Assembly: GCA_963662265.2 (NCBI GenBank)
Contig: CAXXHA010000019.1
Coordinates: forward strand, 1 to 64,000
Source: Spirochaetia bacterium
GTDB taxonomy: Bacteria > Spirochaetota > Spirochaetia > CADAEX01
Direction of reading: 5' to 3'
Length of the DNA: 64,000 nucleotides
Within the stretch, counting starts at the first letter, position 1. Each line of letters begins with the position of its first letter. The notes under the pieces were generated by a model. The model ran no database searches and was not told the DNA's origin. It worked only from the letters and a program-made list of their open reading frames with translations. Of this stretch, positions 61,144 through 64,000 are shown in pieces. The position numbers and the translations under genes are program-made.

Positions 61144-63960
61144 CTAATTGATAATTTCCCTTAAGAATTTACCTGTATGGGATTTTCTGCATGAAGCAAT
61201 ATCTTCCGGAGTACCAGATGCGACAATTGAACCGCCGCCTACCCCTCCTTCCGGGCCAAGATCAATAATATGGTCTGCAATCTTGATGATATCCATGTTG
61301 TGTTCAATTATTATCACTGTATTGCCTTTGTCTGCTATAGCATTTATCACATCTGCGAGCTGCTTGACATCGGCAAAGTGAAGACCTGTTGTGGGTTCAT
61401 CCAGTATGTAGAGTGTATTCCCTGTGTTGACCTTTGAAAGCTCGTGTGCAAGTTTAACACGCTGGGCTTCTCCTCCCGAGAGAGTAAGTGCTGACTGGCC
61501 GAGTTTAATATAGCCGAGACCTACATCGAAAAGAGATTCAAGTTTTCTTTTTATTTTTGGAATATTTTCAAAAAAAGAAAGCGCATCTTCAACAGTCATC
61601 TCAAGTACATCATGGATATTTTTACCCTTATACCTGATATCCAGTGTATCCCTGTTGAATCTCTTGCCGTGACATACATCGCATGTTATATAGACATCGG
61701 GGAGAAAATGCATTTCAATTTTTATAGTTCCTCCCCCTTCGCAGTTTTCACATCTACCTCCCTTCACATTGAAAGAGAACCTTCCCGGTTTGAATCCACG
61801 TGCCTTTGATTCAGGAAGCGAGGCGAAAAGTTCCCTTATCGGGGTAAAAAGACCCACATATGTTGCAGGGTTTGACCTGGGCGTCCTACCTATCGGGCTC
61901 TGGTCAATATTTATGACCTTGTCGATATGTTCAATTCCTGATATTGACTTGTATTTTCCTTCCGGGTTTTTGCTTTTATTTATTCTGTTGCTTACAGCAG
62001 GGTAAAGAATATCGTTTATAAGTGTTGATTTACCGGAACCGGAAACTCCTGTAACAAGGATAAGCTTGCCGAGCGGAAATTCAACATCAATTTTCTTGAG
62101 GTTATGTTCCTCGGCTTCTTTCAATACAATTTTATTGCCGTTTCCTTCTCTCATACCCTCATTTATATCAATAGTCTCAGATCCGGTAAGAAAGCGGCCT
62201 GTTATGCTTTTTTTGTTTGAAAGTATATCATTTATAGAGCCTTCCGCAGTCACCTTGCCGCCATGAACTCCTGCAGCCGGTCCGAGTTCTATTATGTGGT
62301 CTGCTGACCTTATAGTCTGCTCATCATGTTCAACAACAATGAGTGTATTCCCGATATCCCTGAGATGGCGGAGAGTATTCAGAAGCCTTTCATTATCCCT
62401 CTGGTGAAGCCCTATTGTCGGTTCATCAAGGATATAAAGAACCCCGACAAGTGAAGAACCGATCTGGGTGGCAAGCCTTATTCTCTGGGCTTCACCGCCT
62501 GAAAGGGTTGAAGCTTTTCTTTCAAGTGTAAGGTAGTCAAGCCCGACGCTTATCAGGAAATCAAGCCTTGATCTTATTTCCTTGAGTATCTGGTATGCTA
62601 TCTTTTCCTCTGTATCTGTAAGCTTTAATGACGCAAACATTTCATAAAGCTTTTTCACAGACATTGAAGTTGTTTCAAATATGTTTTTACCTGATACAGT
62701 AACATGGAGGCTTTCAGTTCTGAGCCTCTTTCCGCCGCATTGAGCACACTCTGCCTGCCTCATAAACCCTTCAAGCCACTCTTTTATACCGCTTGAATAG
62801 GATTCCCTGTACCTTCTTTTAAGGTCATTGATAATACCGGGAAATTTACCGCTGTATTCATAACGGGATGATCTTTCCTTGTTTGAGTAGACAATATCAA
62901 GTTCCCTGTCAGTGCCGGAAAATATCTTCTCCAGCACAGCCGGTTTAATATCCTTTACAGGCGTATCAAGTGTGAAATTATATTCTTCAGCAAGAGCCTC
63001 AAACCAGCTCCTGTGCCAGTTTGAAGTAGGTTTATAGGGTTTAAACCCGTTTTCATTGAAGGAAAGGTCAGGATCAGGAATTATCAGGTCCCTGTCAAAT
63101 TCCATAGTCATGCCGAGTCCTGAGCATTCAGGGCAGGCACCTTTCGGGTTGTTGAATGAAAACATTGCAGGTTCGAGTTCAGGTATACTGTAATTACAGT
63201 GTGGACATGAATTTTTTATAGAGAAAAAATATTCCCTGTCATCTTCTGAATTGTTTATGACAATTACCCTTCCGTCGCCGACTTCGAGTGCTGTTTCAAT
63301 AGACTCGCTTATCCTTTTTTTTGAATCATTGCTGTTTTTTATCCTGTCAATGATAATATCAATGCTGTGTTTCTTTTTCTTGTCAAGTTTACTTCTTTCT
63401 TCAATATTTACTATTTCACCATCAATTCTGGCCCTGATGAAACCGGATTTAAGTGCATCTTCAAGGATTTTTTCATGTTCCCCTTTCCTTCCGGAAACAA
63501 CAGGAGCAAGTATAATCAGCCTGGATCCATCCGGAAGTGCTGTAACTGAATCAAGTATCTGGTCTTTCGACTGTTCCTGTATTTCCCTTCCGCATTCAGG
63601 GCAATGGGGTTTCCCAATCCTGGCGAAGAGAAGCCTTAAATAGTCATAAATTTCAGTGACAGTTCCAACTGTAGATCTGGGGTTCCTGTGAGTTGTCTTC
63701 TGTTCTATGGAAATTGCAGGCGACAGCCCCTCTATATAGTCAACATCAGGTTTGTCCATACGGCCGAGAAACTGCCTTGCATAGGATGAGAGTGATTCTA
63801 CATATCTTCGCTGACCTTCAGCATAAATTGTATCAAAAGCAAGCGAAGATTTGCCTGATCCGCTCAAACCTGAGATAACAACAAGTTTGTCTCGAGGTAT
63901 TTCAATATTAATATTTTTAAGATTATGTTCACGCGCGCCTTTGATTATTATTTTATCCAT
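61144..63960 (-). CDS. uvrA: Excinuclease ABC subunit A
   Basis: 'GAREHNLKN', '[23 protein letters not shown]', Zn fingers, 'LSGGEAQR' twice. Confidence 0.99.
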   Translation of the reverse strand: MDKIIIKGAREHNLKNINIEIPRDKLVVISGLSGSGKSSLAFDTIYAEGQRRYVESLSSYARQFLGRMDKPDVDYIEGLSPAISIEQKTTHRNPRSTVGTVTEIYDYLRLLFARIGKPHCPECGREIQEQSKDQILDSVTALPDGSRLIILAPVVSGRKGEHEKILEDALKSGFIRARIDGEIVNIEERSKLDKKKKHSIDIIIDRIKNSNDSKKRISESIETALEVGDGRVIVINNSEDDREYFFSIKNSCPHCNYSIPELEPAMFSFNNPKGACPECSGLGMTMEFDRDLIIPDPDLSFNENGFKPYKPTSNWHRSWFEALAEEYNFTLDTPVKDIKPAVLEKIFSGTDRELDIVYSNKERSSRYEYSGKFPGIINDLKRRYRESYSSGIKEWLEGFMRQAECAQCGGKRLRTESLHVTVSGKNIFETTSMSVKKLYEMFASLKLTDTEEKIAYQILKEIRSRLDFLISVGLDYLTLERKASTLSGGEAQRIRLATQIGSSLVGVLYILDEPTIGLHQRDNERLLNTLRHLRDIGNTLIVVEHDEQTIRSADHIIELGPAAGVHGGKVTAEGSINDILSNKKSITGRFLTGSETIDINEGMREGNGNKIVLKEAEEHNLKKIDVEFPLGKLILVTGVSGSGKSTLINDILYPAVSNRINKSKNPEGKYKSISGIEHIDKVINIDQSPIGRTPRSNPATYVGLFTPIRELFASLPESKARGFKPGRFSFNVKGGRCENCEGGGTIKIEMHFLPDVYITCDVCHGKRFNRDTLDIRYKGKNIHDVLEMTVEDALSFFENIPKIKRKLESLFDVGLGYIKLGQSALTLSGGEAQRVKLAHELSKVNTGNTLYILDEPTTGLHFADVKQLADVINAIADKGNTVIIIEHNMDIIKIADHIIDLGPEGGVGGGSIVASGTPEDIASCRKSHTGKFLREIIN

Positions 63961-64000
63961 AAATAAGTCCGTTCTATTCTACAGGTAATAATAAAGATTC

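Overview
AT-rich chromosomal window from a spirochaete (Spirochaetia-like), judged from cfpA, a TP0733-type OMP, a pallilysin-related lipoprotein and spirochaete-type gene order. It is mostly core genes: purB-guaB-purA-guaA, a split purH, miaB, htrA-map-bactofilin-nusB, secG-tpiA-pgk-gap, phoH-pgpH-ybeY-corC, lptD and uvrA, plus a TolC/RND pair and several surface proteins. I saw no rRNA, tRNA, CRISPR array or mobile element. Six genes carry single-base frameshifts, mostly at homopolymers, which most likely reflect long-read assembly errors. The most interesting signal is the cfpA locus. The cytoplasmic-filament gene is followed by an unannotated protein whose C-terminal ~90 aa look like an HPr phosphocarrier (His15 kept, Thr at the Ser46 position). 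Next comes a PPDK whose PEP-binding and phospho-His domains are intact but whose ATP-grasp catalytic residues are largely lost. Together these suggest a PEP-driven, Enzyme-I-like phosphorelay tied to the cytoskeletal filament (inference, untested). All family assignments are by eye from motifs; no searches were run.
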